The notes beneath the pieces are model-generated. The model searched no databases. It saw only the letters and a list, made by a program, of their open reading frames with translations, and was not told where the DNA came from. A program made the translations under genes and the position numbers. Shown here piece after piece: positions 1 through 12,179 of a stretch of 64,000 bases of DNA (within the stretch, counting starts at the first letter, position 1; every line of letters starts with the position of its first letter). The DNA is from Basidiobolus meristosporus CBS 931.73 (lineage: Eukaryota > Fungi > Basidiobolomycota): assembly GCA_002104905.1 (NCBI GenBank), contig MCFE01000024.1:167501-231500 (forward strand), read 5' to 3'.

Positions 1-850
1 GTCAACATTTGTCAGATAGGTAGTAAACTACCTCTACTATGCTATCTTACACAGCTTCCACTACAAAGTGGTGTTGAATGTCTTTGTGCCTAGTTCTTAC
101 ATAATCATTAGGATATCTAGTTAATGAAATACAACTTTGACTATCCTTGTGATTAGATGTTGGTTCATTTGAACAAAATCAAGGTTTTAGAGTATTTTTT
201 GTAACCATATAACCTCCTTAGTTGCTTAACAAGCAGCCTTACATTTGGCTTCAATCATAGTTAGGGCTACAGTTGGTTGATTCTTACAATTCCAAGTACT
301 AACTGACCAGTATATAGAAGTACAAACCCACTGGTAGAGCATCTGTCAATAAGATCCCCACCCAATCCAATTCACTTAAGCCATTCAATCTTTGCCTATT
401 AGTTGCTCCAGAGTAATCCAGAAATGTATTAATTGTACCTTGCAGATGTCAGATGACTTGCTTAACTGCTGCAATTTGGTCAAATTCATAACTCTGCATG
501 AACTGACTGACAACTCCAACTGTCACTGCAACATCTAGATGAGTAGACACCATCATGTACATCAAGCTACTAACCATTGATTGATAGGGAAATGTTTAGT
601 CCATTTTGGGGCTATTTTCACCTATAATTGAATGAGTTCTGGTCTATTTCAGGTTAATGCCCATGGGGGTTGCTGTGAGCTAGTAATTTTTCATTGAACC
701 ATCTAAGAATACTCCTGATGTACCTGGACTGATTGTGTACAAGTATCACAGTAGGTATGCTAAACTTGGCTTCAATTTCCAGAATGCAGCTCAATTTTCT
801 AAGATCTTTCATCTCAACCTTGCTAAAGTGGTATAACTCAAACAGCAAGT
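1..850 (-). mobile_element. Degenerate Ty1/Copia RT/RNase H fragment, truncated at the window edge
   Basis: Colinear similarity to 2850-3620 of the neighbouring Copia element. Minus strand gives MKDLRKLSCILEIE...NQSRYIRSILRWF (cf. MKDLGKVSYFLGIE...NQSKYIRDTLRRF). Many stops and frameshifts. Confidence 0.85.
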
Positions 851-860
851 ATGAAAATGA

Positions 861-1620
861 ATGCCAATGAAGAAAACCTACCAGCTTACATATCTGGAAA
901 CTGAAAATTTGACCCGGCTATTGGAAAAACATTGCTTTACCACTGTAATCAATCAATCAGCTGGAGGACACTTACCATTCAGATCCAAAAAGGTAACCAG
1001 ACCTATGAGCTACTACCTGCCAGTCTGGATTGCAACTTGGTTGATTTCAGTGTGTTTGACACAAGTGGACTTAGCAAGTCACAGCCCAGTAGAGCACTTA
1101 GAGATGGTACCCAGATGTTTCTCATGGCACTATTAGTAGATGATACCTGTACTCCAGTTCCCCAGAAAGTCCATACTACTCTGAAGGAATATTCTGATGT
1201 GCTTCCTGAGGAATTAAAAAGCCTACCACCAGTTGGAGATGTGAATTATGCCATTGACATGGGAGTTAGCTCCCCAGTGAGCAAGACACCTAACAGAATG
1301 AGTTCATTGGAATTGGAGGAAATGAAGAGACAAATTTACTAACTATTGGAGCATGAATACATCAGGCCCAGCTAGTCACCCTGGGGAACACCAGAGCCAT
1401 GTGCAGAGATGAAGGATGGAGGACTTGGAAGGTGAATTGACTACAGAGCCCTTACCTCAGTTACCATGAGAAATAAGTAACCCATACCTTGGATCATGGA
1501 GCTTTGGACCGGCTCAATGGAGCTGCCATATTCAGCTAGATTGATCTCAGGCAGGATACAGGTGGGTTGAAGCTAGAAGAAATCCTGAAGACAGCATTCA
1601 GGGACAGATATGAACACTAA
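861..1620 (+). mobile_element. Degenerate Ty3/Gypsy pol fragment (N-terminal RT region)
   Basis: LKEYSDVLPEELKSLPPVGDVNYAID..PVSKTPNRMSSLELEEMKRQI, then (through stops) YIRPS*SPWG, KDGGL, IDYRAL, AAIFS*IDLRQG, KTAFRDRY. This is the classic Gypsy RT start. Confidence 0.85.
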
Positions 1621-2319
1621 CAGCACTTGTCATGAGTTTTGACCTCAAATGGCTTTTTGGTAAACTGGTCTGGCAGATTAGGTTTCAAGAGTCTCATAAA
1701 GATGGAAGTCTGTTTAGCCTCAAGGAGAACATGTTTCATCTCTTCTAAGTATGGAATACCCAACTTGTTATCCCTAGCTGCATGTAAGTCAACTTTCTTT
1801 GCCAAGTCCTAGGGAAGTCCATCAGCAAGGTAAAGAGTCATGGTAAATCCAGCTACAGCCTGGCACTCAAGGGGTGGCTTGGCCATCTCTTCATGCATCT
1901 GAATGAGCTCATCAATTGGTAGCTTAGAGAGTCTAGTCCTTTTACAGTGTCTCAGGTGTGTAACTCCATAGTTTACATGGGGTCTTCCCTACTTGGCTTG
2001 TAGGTAGGCCTTCATTGATATCTAGTGATTGAGAATGTCACCTTGTCTCAAAAGCTTGATGGTAATATCATTGGTGCAGTAATAGTGGAAGTCTTCAGGC
2101 ATTATTGATCAGAGTGGCAGCACATCTGGCAGAGATTTCCCCATTAGGATATGAAGCTTTGCACATTCTTTCCATCCAGTGGTGGGGCTCCTGATGATGG
2201 TGGTTATGGCATAGAATTCATCATAGATAGGTAGCATGGTGTTGTATAAGTTCCAGGAAGGGATACATCCAACACTTGTAAAGTATTTAGTACATGGAGT
2301 GTTTACTAGGTGCAATAAC

Positions 2320-2686
2320 TGTTGCAATTTAAGATGTGATTTGGATATAAGGATCTTATCAAGAAATAGTGATAATAGTAAACTTTTGTTTTTAATAAAG
2401 AAGCTCAGTATTTATACCTTTGTAGAAGTAATACAGCTGTAACACTAAGTAGGGAGGGTTTCTCAATATTCAGGAGCATTCAATAACAGTTTCAGGGTTA
2501 GTACATAATAGTTAGTATAAGTGCTAATTTGATCCTGACTATAGGGGAATAATCATAAGATCGCAGAACTGAGGAAAGTAGCAAAGTTAGTGCTGTAGAT
2601 TAGTCTCACAGTGACCAAGACTAGTCCATAAATGATAAGTAAATTTTTAGCTGCAGAATAATACCAAATAGTCCAATATTTCAACA
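2320..2686 (-). repeat. 3' LTR of Copia family A (367 bp)
   Basis: TGTTG...CAACA; about 90% identical (manual estimate) to 6635-7003; adjacent to the PPT. Confidence 0.95.
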
Positions 2687-2694
2687 CTTCCCCT
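2687..2694 (-). other. Polypurine tract of Copia family A
   Basis: Minus strand reads AGGGGAAG immediately before the 3' LTR. Confidence 0.8.
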
Positions 2695-5603
2695 GAACTA
2701 AATAATTTCTTGATCCTAATTCCTCTCTGAGATTCTCAAATTCTTGCCTAGCCAGTGGTATTGTCAATATATCTGCCACCATTTTGTTAGTTGGGCAGTA
2801 CACTAAATCTACCAAGTTATTTTCTACAGCTTCCCTCACAAAGTGATGCTGTATATCAATGTGCTTAGTTCTGGCATGATTAATAGGATTTCTAGCTAAT
2901 GAGATACAACTTTGATTATCCTTTTAAATACATGTTGGTTCATCTGAATTAAAACCTAAGTCTTTGAATAATTTTTGTAGCCATACAGCCTCCTTAGTTG
3001 CTTGACATGCAGCTATTTATTTGGCTTCAGTTGTAGATAGGGCCAGAGTTGGTTGTTTCTTGCAATTCCAAGGAATAGCTGCACCAGCATAAATAAAATA
3101 CACAGCCTGTGGTAGAATGTCTGTCAATCAGATCCCTACCTCAATCTAGATCACTATAACCATCAAATATTTGCCTATTAGCTGCTCCAAAGTATTTGAG
3201 TACCATATTTATGGTACCTTGTAGATATCTGAAAGTCCGCTCAACTGCTTCAATTTGATCTGATCCATAATTCTGCATGAATTGACTGACTGTTCCAACT
3301 GCCACTGCAATATCTGGATGTGTAGACACCATCAAGTACATTAGGCTACCAATTGTTGATTGATAGGGAAAGTTTTGATCCATATTTAAGCTGTTTTCAT
3401 CTATAACTGGCTGAGATTTGCTTAATTTCAGGTTATTGTCCATAGGGGTTGCGGCAGGCTTGTAATTTTCCATTTTAAAGCGTCTAAGAGTGTCCCTGAT
3501 GTACTTAGACTGATTCAGCACAATACTCTGTGTAGGTATCTCAAATTTGACCTCAATTCCAAGAAAATAGCTAACCTTTCCAAGATCTTTCATCTCAAAC
3601 TTGCTGAAGAGATCTGATTTTATCTCTATAAGTGCCTTTTAGTCACTTGAAGCTATAATTAGGTTGTTCACATAACAAACTAGGATGATCACACCCTTTT
3701 TGAGTTGTTTCACATATATACTGTGATCTTCAATGCTACAAGAGAGCCCAATTTCCACTAGATATGTGTCAATCTTGTTATACCATGCTCTGGGTGCCTG
3801 CTTAAGCCCATACCACAATTTTCTAAGTTTGCACACCCTATTGGGTACTTTTGGATTGGTAAAGCCTTCTGATTGCTCCATATATATAGTTTCTTGCAAA
3901 TCCCGTTTAGAAAGGCTGTTTTGATGTCCATTTGGTGTAGATCTAGACTGTGTACAGCTGCCAGGGCTAGAACTGTCCCAATGGAGTTAAACTTGGCAAC
4001 CGGAGCAAATGTTTCCTTTAAGTCTAGTCCTTGGATCTGAGAATAGCCTTTAGCCACCAATCTAGCCTTGTACTTACCAACGGTACCATATGAGGCTATC
4101 TTGATCTTGTAGATCCATCTACATCCTATTGGCTTTATCCCATTTGGTAAATCTACCAGTTGCCATATTTTTGCCTTGATCAGTGATTGGTACTCCTCCT
4201 GCAAGGCTTGTTGCCACTTAGTAGCATCTGGACTTTGCATTGCCTGTTCCAGATTCTGAGGTTCGGCACATAAGGCAAGATAAGCTTCTTCATGATCATT
4301 AGATGTCTGCCACCAGGATCCAAGGGCATTTCTTATTCTGGTGGATCTCCTAACTGGAATAATCTGTTCTGATCTGGAACTGGTAGAAGTATCTTCCATC
4401 TCTGGCTGGACTTAGTACATATCTTCTTCATTAGTGTTGATTGCATCATCAGGCAGCTGGCCAATGATTTCTGTGGCTTTCTGATCTGAATTCTCCTCAA
4501 ATACAACGTCCCTGCTCTTGATCAGCTTCTGAATTTTGCCATCATACACTCTATACCCTTTAGTATTTTCATAATACCCAAGAAAGATCCTGTTCCTACT
4601 CTTTGGTTCCAACTTTATGTGTTTTTTGTCAGGAATGTGATCAAAAACATCACTGCTAAAGATCTTGATGTGCTGGAGATCTGGTTTTTTGCCTGTATAT
4701 GCTTCAAAGGGTGTAGAATCACATAGTGTGCTTGTTGGGCATCTGCACTTGATGTATACAGTGGTAGCAACAGATTCAGCCCAAAACTTGTAGTCCATTC
4801 CCTTATCATGTAGCATGGATCTTCCCATCTCTACTATTGTTCTATTTGGGCATTCTGCTACTCCATTTTGCTGTGGAGTATGAGGAACTGTGGTCTGTTA
4901 GAGTATACCAGTAGACAAGCAGTATTTTGCAAACTCCTTTGAGCAGTGTTTTCCTCCATTGTCACTTTGTAGTACCCTCAATTTACACCCAGTTTGTGTT
5001 TCTGCCCATGCTCTTGAAGTGCTTAAATGTCTCTAAAGCTTCATCATTTGCTTAGAGAAAGTACACCCATGAATATCTTGTTTTGTCATCAATTAACGTC
5101 ATAAAGTATCTCTTGGCTCCAAAGGACAGTGTTCTCATGGGGCCACATATTTTGGAGCGTACAATAGCCAATATTTTAGTGGTATTGATGCCTTCTGAGC
5201 TCTTCAAACCTCGCCAAGCTTGCTTGCAATATGAGCATCTCTTATAGACACTGAATTTGATTGGAATTGAGTAGTTTAGGCCTAAAATAAGCTGATTTCT
5301 CACCAATTGGCTCATTTTCTGTTCCCCAATGTGTCCTAGCCGCCTATACCATGTCTCCTAGCTGGTTTCATCAGTTTCAGCAATGTTGACATACTCAGGT
5401 ACAATGATCTTGCATTGTAACTTGTATGTATTGTGATATCTGATTCCCAAAGCTAATTTTTGTCCATTCTCACTCAATAGCGAGCAGCTCATCTTAGTAG
5501 AAACAAATCTCAGTCCCTGAGCAGTTGCTTTACTGACTGAGAGTAGGTTCTTAGCTAGTCCAGGTACATAGAGTATGTCAGTGAGTCTTGCTGTAGTTGC
5601 CCC

Positions 5604-6275
5604 TCAGCTATTGCTCATATTTAGTTGTATAGTCCCACTTGTGGTAGCTTCCAGAGCAGAGTTATCTCCCAGATACACCTTTCTTACGGGAATAGTTTTT
5701 AAGTTGCTCAACCACTCCTTTATACCACAAATATGCTGTGATGCTCCAGAGTCAATACACCATTCATTACTTTGATTACTTGCATTGTCTTGTATGGTTA
5801 CAAATAACTGTTCAGCAGTAGTTGTATGGTTTGCCTGCTCTAGTTTCCGTTTTTTGTCTGCTTGTATCTTCTTGCATTCTCTTGCCCAGTGTCCTGGCTT
5901 CTTACAATAGTTACAGCAGCCAGGTTTTCTTTGGTTTTGTTTCTTTCCCTTCTTTTCTGTGTGCCTTTCTGAACTGAATAAAGCATTATCTTCAATTTTC
6001 TCTGCTTGATCATTGCGTCTGAGTTCTTCATGGAGAAGTGTTCCTTTGACATAGTCTAAAGTCAAGTTGTCTTCTCTGCTTTCAAAAGAAAGTATGAGTG
6101 GCTCATACTTGTCTGGTAGGTTGCAAAGCAGACAGAGTATTGTTTCTTCATCATCTACACCAGCATTAATACTGCAAAGTTCTTCTGCAAGTGTCTCCAT
6201 TTTGGTAATGAGTTGCAGCATGTCATCATTTGGCTTCATCTTCATGTTGAAGAACTTTGGTTTCAAATAAAGCAT
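5604..6275 (-). pseudogene. Copia gag-protease segment (largest surviving ORF of element A)
   Basis: UBN2-like gag (LLCNLPDKYEPLILS), CCHC zinc knuckle, D-S-G protease motif. Confidence 0.9.
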
Positions 6276-6619
6276 GCTTGATACTGACTTTGCCCTAAAG
6301 ATCTTCTCAAGGGATTTCCATGCTGCTTTGGCAGTATTTGAGGCATGGATTTGTCAAATGAAGGAATCTTGCACATTGATACATATGACATTAAAGGCCT
6401 TTCTCTCCTTCTCTTGAAACTTCTCCACTTCCTCTGCTGTTCCTTTGGGCTCAACTTCCTTTCCTGTTACTATGTTCCAAAGCTTTCTTTCCTCAAGGTT
6501 GATCTGCATCTTGACTCTCCAAAGTCTGTAGTTCTTCCCATCAAACCTCTCCTTTACAGGGAAGATGTTTTTGTTGTTCTGTGTGCTGGTAAAATCTTCT
6601 TTAGAATAGATTAAGGCAG

Positions 6620-6634
6620 TCAGGCCTCATAACC
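6620..6634 (-). other. Primer-binding site of Copia family A (half-tRNA-iMet type)
   Basis: Minus strand CAACA|GGTTATGAGGCCTGA abuts the 5' LTR and resembles Ty5/copia GGTTATG(A/G)GCCC. Confidence 0.8.
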
Positions 6635-7003
6635 TGTTGCAATTTAAGAAGTGATCTGGATATAAGGAACTTATCAAGAAATAGTGATAATAGCTGAACT
6701 GTTGTTTATTAATAGAGAAGCTCAGTATTTATACCTTTGTAGAAGTAATACAGCAGTAGTACTAAGTAAGGAGGGTTTCTCAATATTCAGGAGCATTCTG
6801 TAATAGTTTCAGGGTTAGTACATAATAGTTAGCATAAGTACTAATTTGATCATGACTATAGGGGAATAATCATAAGATCATAGATCTGAAGAAAGTGGCA
6901 AAGTTTGAGCTGTAAATTAGCTCCACAGTGGCCAAGACTAGTCCAGAATTGTTAAATAATTTTTTAGCTGCAGAATGATACCAAATAGTCCAATATTTCA
7001 ACA
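6635..7003 (-). repeat. 5' LTR of Copia family A (369 bp)
   Basis: Direct repeat of 2320-2686, followed by TSD ATAAC. Confidence 0.95.
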
Positions 7004-7993
7004 ATAACATCAGGCAAAAGCTTGCTAGGAATACTTAGGTTTTGTCCTTAATCTAGTGCAATAGAGAATATAGCCACAAGTTTGTCAAGGGAAAACTATT
7101 GAGCTACAATCCCAACTTAGTTGGCACCATAAAAGAAGTATGCACCAGATTCAGCACACTTTGATATGAAAATGTACTAAAGCTTCCAAAGTGTTAACAG
7201 CTGTAAACTCTACCAGCAGGGACTTGATAAGATTGCAGGTGTGTTCAATAGTAACAAAGACAGAAAAGTATCTTTTTCTGTGCAAGAACAAACTTGTGCA
7301 AAATCAAATATAATAAAAGATACCTACTCTGAGTGTTCCTCACAAGTAGTGCCCCTAAGATCAGCTGGCTTGTGGGGCAATAGTTCCTGTAATGGCAGGG
7401 AAGCTTAACAAGGGATCTCCTTGAGTAGATTGGGGTAGTTGGTCCACAGTGCTTGGTATAGATTTCCTCTGATGTGTCAAAAGGAAATCCAGTGGTAGTG
7501 ATGGCATTGATGAGAAAAGATCATTCAGATGAGAGAGTAATATTAAAATTGGTATTTGATTGAGTTGAGGTGATATGAGCTGAATTGGCACAATCAGCTT
7601 AACTTATATGATTTTCATGCATTATGATTGATTCTTCATTAATTACCATGCATCCATCATTATGTTACAAAAAACATCCTCAAGCAATTACTTGGTGACT
7701 TTATTGATGATTTACTTGCAAGTCTATGATGAAATAGGAAATCTGCAATTGATGTGATCTGATCCATGTGAATGCAATCCAAGATGCATCATGCATAATA
7801 GAAGGAAAATCAAAAATCACATTAGTTTTCAAATATATCTCACATACAACCAGGTCAATGCCAATCAACTACTATATAATTATCCAAATCTGTCACTATG
7901 GTCCCTATACAAAGTCTCAACACATCTTTAGTACAACCCAGACAAAACCCATACCCCAGCTCGTACATGCATAAAACTAGGACTAGTCAGTAT

Positions 7994-8361
7994 TGTTATG
8001 ATCTGCCGCTTGAATATTTAAGTTCGATCAGTTTTTAGTCAAATCAATTAGTTAAAATTTAGGTTATCAGTACATCAGTATTATCTATGAGATCAGTAGC
8101 ATTAGTCAGCAAATGAATCAGCAGATCCTTATCAGACAGAAACAGATATATTAAGTAGGATCTTATTGGGTGATGATGATGCAATCAAATGAGTCATCAG
8201 CCACAACCTACATTGGGAAATACAATTAGTCAGCAATTGATCTGGCAAAATGTATATAAGGAGCTGCTGGAACCTCAATAAAAATCAGTTCAAGCTTTAG
8301 TGAATACAATACTAGCTAAACTCCCTATTCCTCTAAAACTCTCATACCAAGACTTGTAACA
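7994..8361. mobile_element. Solo LTR, family C (368 bp)
   Basis: TGTTA...TAACA termini flanked by GTAT on both sides. An inverted second copy lies at 9581-9848. Confidence 0.8.
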
Positions 8362-8385
8362 GTATGAACATTTAGCTGAGTGGGG

Positions 8386-8734
8386 TGTTGTAAAAATTTG
8401 TATTTTGACCTAAATACTCACCTTACTTAGTCACTTAGATCATTACCTTCAAATCCTAGAGAATACCGACCAAATTCCTTGTTGGGATTTACTTGGAATA
8501 TTTTCACCAAAATACCAGGTACCCAGATTATGAAAACTCTCAAAGTTGTCCAAGCAGCCCCAAACTTTGCTCACATGTTCTTGGGATCTTCCTTAACCTA
8601 TTCTATGTGTTTGTAATGCCAAGACCACATAAAAGTATAAATACTACCTTTACATTTAATAAATTATTAAGTGAAAACCACATAATCTACTTGTCCTCCC
8701 AATCACTTCCAATATCTCCAAGACTCTTACAACA
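8386..8734 (+). mobile_element. LTR, Copia family B (~350 bp)
   Basis: TGTTGTAAAAATTTG...CTCTTACAACA; matches the LTR at 49083-49430 that precedes PBS+gag. No TSD. Confidence 0.9.
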
Positions 8735-9580
8735 ATAAGCACAGTCTAGACCAGAAAGTTTAATGTATGATCCATTAAAGCTCTTGTCAAATGATTTTAG
8801 TATGGCCCAAATGTCTATGGTGAGCCTTCATTCAGATATGAGTCCTACATCAAGATGCCAGCAGATATATGTAAGAGGATATATAATAAGACAAGTATTG
8901 AAATCAAGAAGGAGCTGAGAGTGAGGGGATTTGATGAAGAAGTCATGCAGGAACATGTTGCACCCAACTTGCTCAATACAGGCTGGATGTGTCTATTTGT
9001 GCCTTAACTTTGGGAACCAAAGAGATTTTGAATGAGTTTTTGCCTCAAATGACTAATGCACTACATGATATATTAGTAGAGATAAGTGGCTTCTAAGAGC
9101 TATATACACAGAACTTGTCCAGGCAACAGTTCCAAAGTATCAGACAGAGAGTAAATGAATCCTTTGAGAAATTAGAAGGTGAGCTTAGTCCAGTAGTATC
9201 ATCTGGAGCAATTAAGTGTGGCTAAGCTGCAGCATTGCACTCATCATCTTGGAGGCAAAATACTGACTACAAATACACAAGTAGCCAAGATGACAGTCTA
9301 CAAGGAAGTAGTGTAGGTGTGTAAAGTGAATCACTACCAACTGCTTCAGTAGTAGTCCCTATGAGAAGAGAACCTAGGGGAAGATGATGCAATTGCATTG
9401 AGCTGCTAATATTTGTCATGATGCAATCAACATATTTTTTTTTGCAATCCAAATTGAGCCAACATAAATCAGTGGTCACTAAATTCCTGATAAAAGTAAT
9501 ATTAAGGTTGTCTGGCATCTGAGACAGAGCACCTATAAATAAACACCATGCACATATATGCATCATCTCTGAAACCAGTG

Positions 9581-9848
9581 TGTTGCAAGTCTTGGTGTAA
9601 GAGTTGTAGAGGAATAGGGAGTTTAGCTAGTATTGTATTCACTAAAACTTGAACTAATTTTTATTGAGGTTACAGCAGCTCCTTATATTCATTTGTCAGA
9701 TCAATTGCTGACTAATTGTATTTTCTAATGTAGGTTGTGGCTGATGACTCATTTGATTGCATCATCATTGCCCAATAAGATCCTACTTAGTATATCTGTT
9801 TCTGTCTGATAAGGATCTGCTGATTCATTTGCTGACTAATGCTACTGA
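9581..9848. mobile_element. Truncated LTR, family C, inverted relative to 7994-8361
   Basis: Reverse complement of ~8095-8361 at roughly 90% identity. Confidence 0.85.
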
Positions 9849-10574
9849 ATCCATCAAGTGCCAAGGCAAAGGTATGATCATGCACACCTTTAAAGTAGCC
9901 CTTACTTCTTAGCTGCTTGCAATATTTGCTATCAAATATATTGAAATGTTTGCACTTGATGGATACTGACTGTGGTACTTTGCAGTTTCAAAATATTGGT
10001 CAAACTGCATGAGCTTCTTTGGATGAGGTACTAATGGAATATGCCTGGAGTGTAAACAATGTTTTCCTCCAATGGTGGTGGACTCCTGACAAGTTGGACA
10101 CCGTGCAATGGTGGTCTATTCTGATATAAATGCCATGCAACTGTTAACACATGCAGGTATCAGGATGGTCTCTGAGTCATATGGTGCCAGCTGCATGATA
10201 GTTATCCATTTTTACCATTTAAATGGGAAGTTGTATCCTGAAAAGATTTTGGCAAGAAGTAGTGGTACATCCTCAAAGCCCCCATTACTGATATTGGTGG
10301 ATATATGCCACTTTTCTAGCCACAAAATCTCATCATTCACCAGTAGATGGATTACAGGGCTCACTTGGCTCCATAAGGTATCCTCAGCATTTTTTTCATT
10401 GGGTGTTGTTTCATTGTGAGTTATGATTTTGCCAGGCTCATGCAGGGTACTGTTGCTAGAGGAAATAGACTCATAATCAATCAGTGATCCTTCTTCTTCA
10501 GAGCTATCTCTCTGCATGCCATATTCAAAAGGCTGGAGTGAGCCCAAAGGTGTAAGAGACTCACCTGACTCCAT
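9849..10574 (-). mobile_element. Degenerate CACTA/EnSpm (Transposase_21-type) transposase fragment
   Basis: Minus strand reads ILIPACVNSCMAFISE*TTIARCPTCQES, then after a frameshift NIFDSKYCKQLRSKGYF..HDHTFALALDGF. These match the fungal CACTA motifs C-x-N-x-C-M-A-F...CPxC and DIFDG...ALxxDGF. Cut off at the family-C LTR; TIRs not identified. Confidence 0.75.
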
Positions 10575-12179
10575 TCATGCAAGGTGACAAATACTGCTAG
10601 GTGCCATTGTAGAAGTATCAAGTGGCTGGCAAGATATTGTTGGCAGAGTAATGACTGATGAATGGTCAAATATGACTTGTGTGACAAAACACTTGCTGTG
10701 ATCCTTGTAGTACTTCCTATGCTGACTGCATGCTCCATGGCTGAGAGTCTTGTTACAGTAGCCACATGTTTTTTTTCTCTTCTCTTATGGTACTGAATCA
10801 AAGTAGTCATGTCAATGGGGCAAAAAGCCTGACATTCAGCAATGTAACACTATCATGTCCCTTTTTTGTCAGTACTCATGTGAATTTAAGACAATCTGGT
10901 ATTGGAGACATTGCACCTACATGAATATAAAATTCATCAATGACCTGCCATATAAGATCTATAAGTAAAGCTATGGCACCACATACATAAATATATATAA
11001 CCCTATTTCCACTTTAGTTTTACTCACTTCCATATATATGCCACCATGATACAAACAATGTTGTCTGGTTCCCTACCATACCCAGCTATTGACAGCAGCA
11101 GACAAACAGTTGGACAACAGCTTGCTTTGACATTCAGAGCAATCAGCAGGGCTACATCCAAAAAAGGCCATGTAGACTGTATGCCCACTGATGGTAATAA
11201 TGGTGACTCCTCAGGCTCTTGGACAAGTAATTAATTGAGAATCTCTGCAAAGCCACAAGCTGACCTCAGTGCTCAGGCAGATGAGAATGTAGCATATGCA
11301 TTACTTTTGGTTGAAGACCAGCAAGTGGCTGTCATAGCTTCACCACCACTCATTTCAGCAAGTATGCTGTCAGCTCATACCAAATCAATAATAATGCAAT
11401 TTGGTGCAATGGATGGTAGGATTGATGCAATGACCCAGTGAAATCAGAAAATAGTCCAGAAACAGGATTAGAAGATAATATGTATAGAGCAATCAATATC
11501 TCAGGTAGAGAATGTAGTATCTTTGTTGCAAAGAAGGAACTTAAATAGCTCAGTGTCACAGCCAAGAATTGAGCCATTTGCCAATGTAACAGCAGAGGAA
11601 CACAGTACAGTCTTTGAAGCACAATAGAGCACCCAATAATAAGGCCCATAGAAGAACCTATCAGCTTAAGGCAAGCAGCAAAAAAGGTCAGGTTGCTGGT
11701 AGAGTGCCTGTAAGAGACAAGCAGGCCTAAACAGAATCATCAGAGCAGCATTTATCAAGGAATAATATAGGTCAATACAAGAACCACTCAGACAAAGTAT
11801 CAGTCAAAGACCTGGCAGTGATAAAGGCAAAAGTATAGGGAGAAAAGTCCACCCAAGTCAGAGTCAGAGAAGTGTGAGATAAATGCTGCAGTTCTTGCCA
11901 TTTAATAAATGCCATAAGCCTGGAACAAGTGAATCCCATCATTGCCAAGAATAATTACCAACAAGACAAAAGCTGCTTTCTCAAGAGTTGGCAGTGCAGC
12001 TGGCTGAGCTACACTCCATTGAGGTAGATGAGTTAGCAGAGAAAGGTAATTTGTCTACCACAGCCTCCATGTTCTCCATTATAGATAAAGTGGAGATCCC
12101 ATTGACAGACAAAGCAACATCATCAAGAATTTGAAAGACTATCACAATGCCTACAGTGGTATATGGGAACATTAATAGG

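Larger units (their letters stand above)
2320..7003 (-). mobile_element. Full-length but inactivated Ty1/Copia LTR retrotransposon (family A, 4,684 bp)
   Basis: Paired TG...CA LTRs (2320-2686, 6635-7003) and 5-bp TSD ATAAC (2315-2319, 7004-7008). PBS and PPT present. Order is gag (CNYCKKPGHWAREC), protease (WCIDSGASQH), integrase (LIDDKTRYSWVYF; PQQNGVAE), RT (KARLVAKGYSQ; LHQMDIKTAFLNG), RNase H. Split by stops and frameshifts. Confidence 0.97.
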
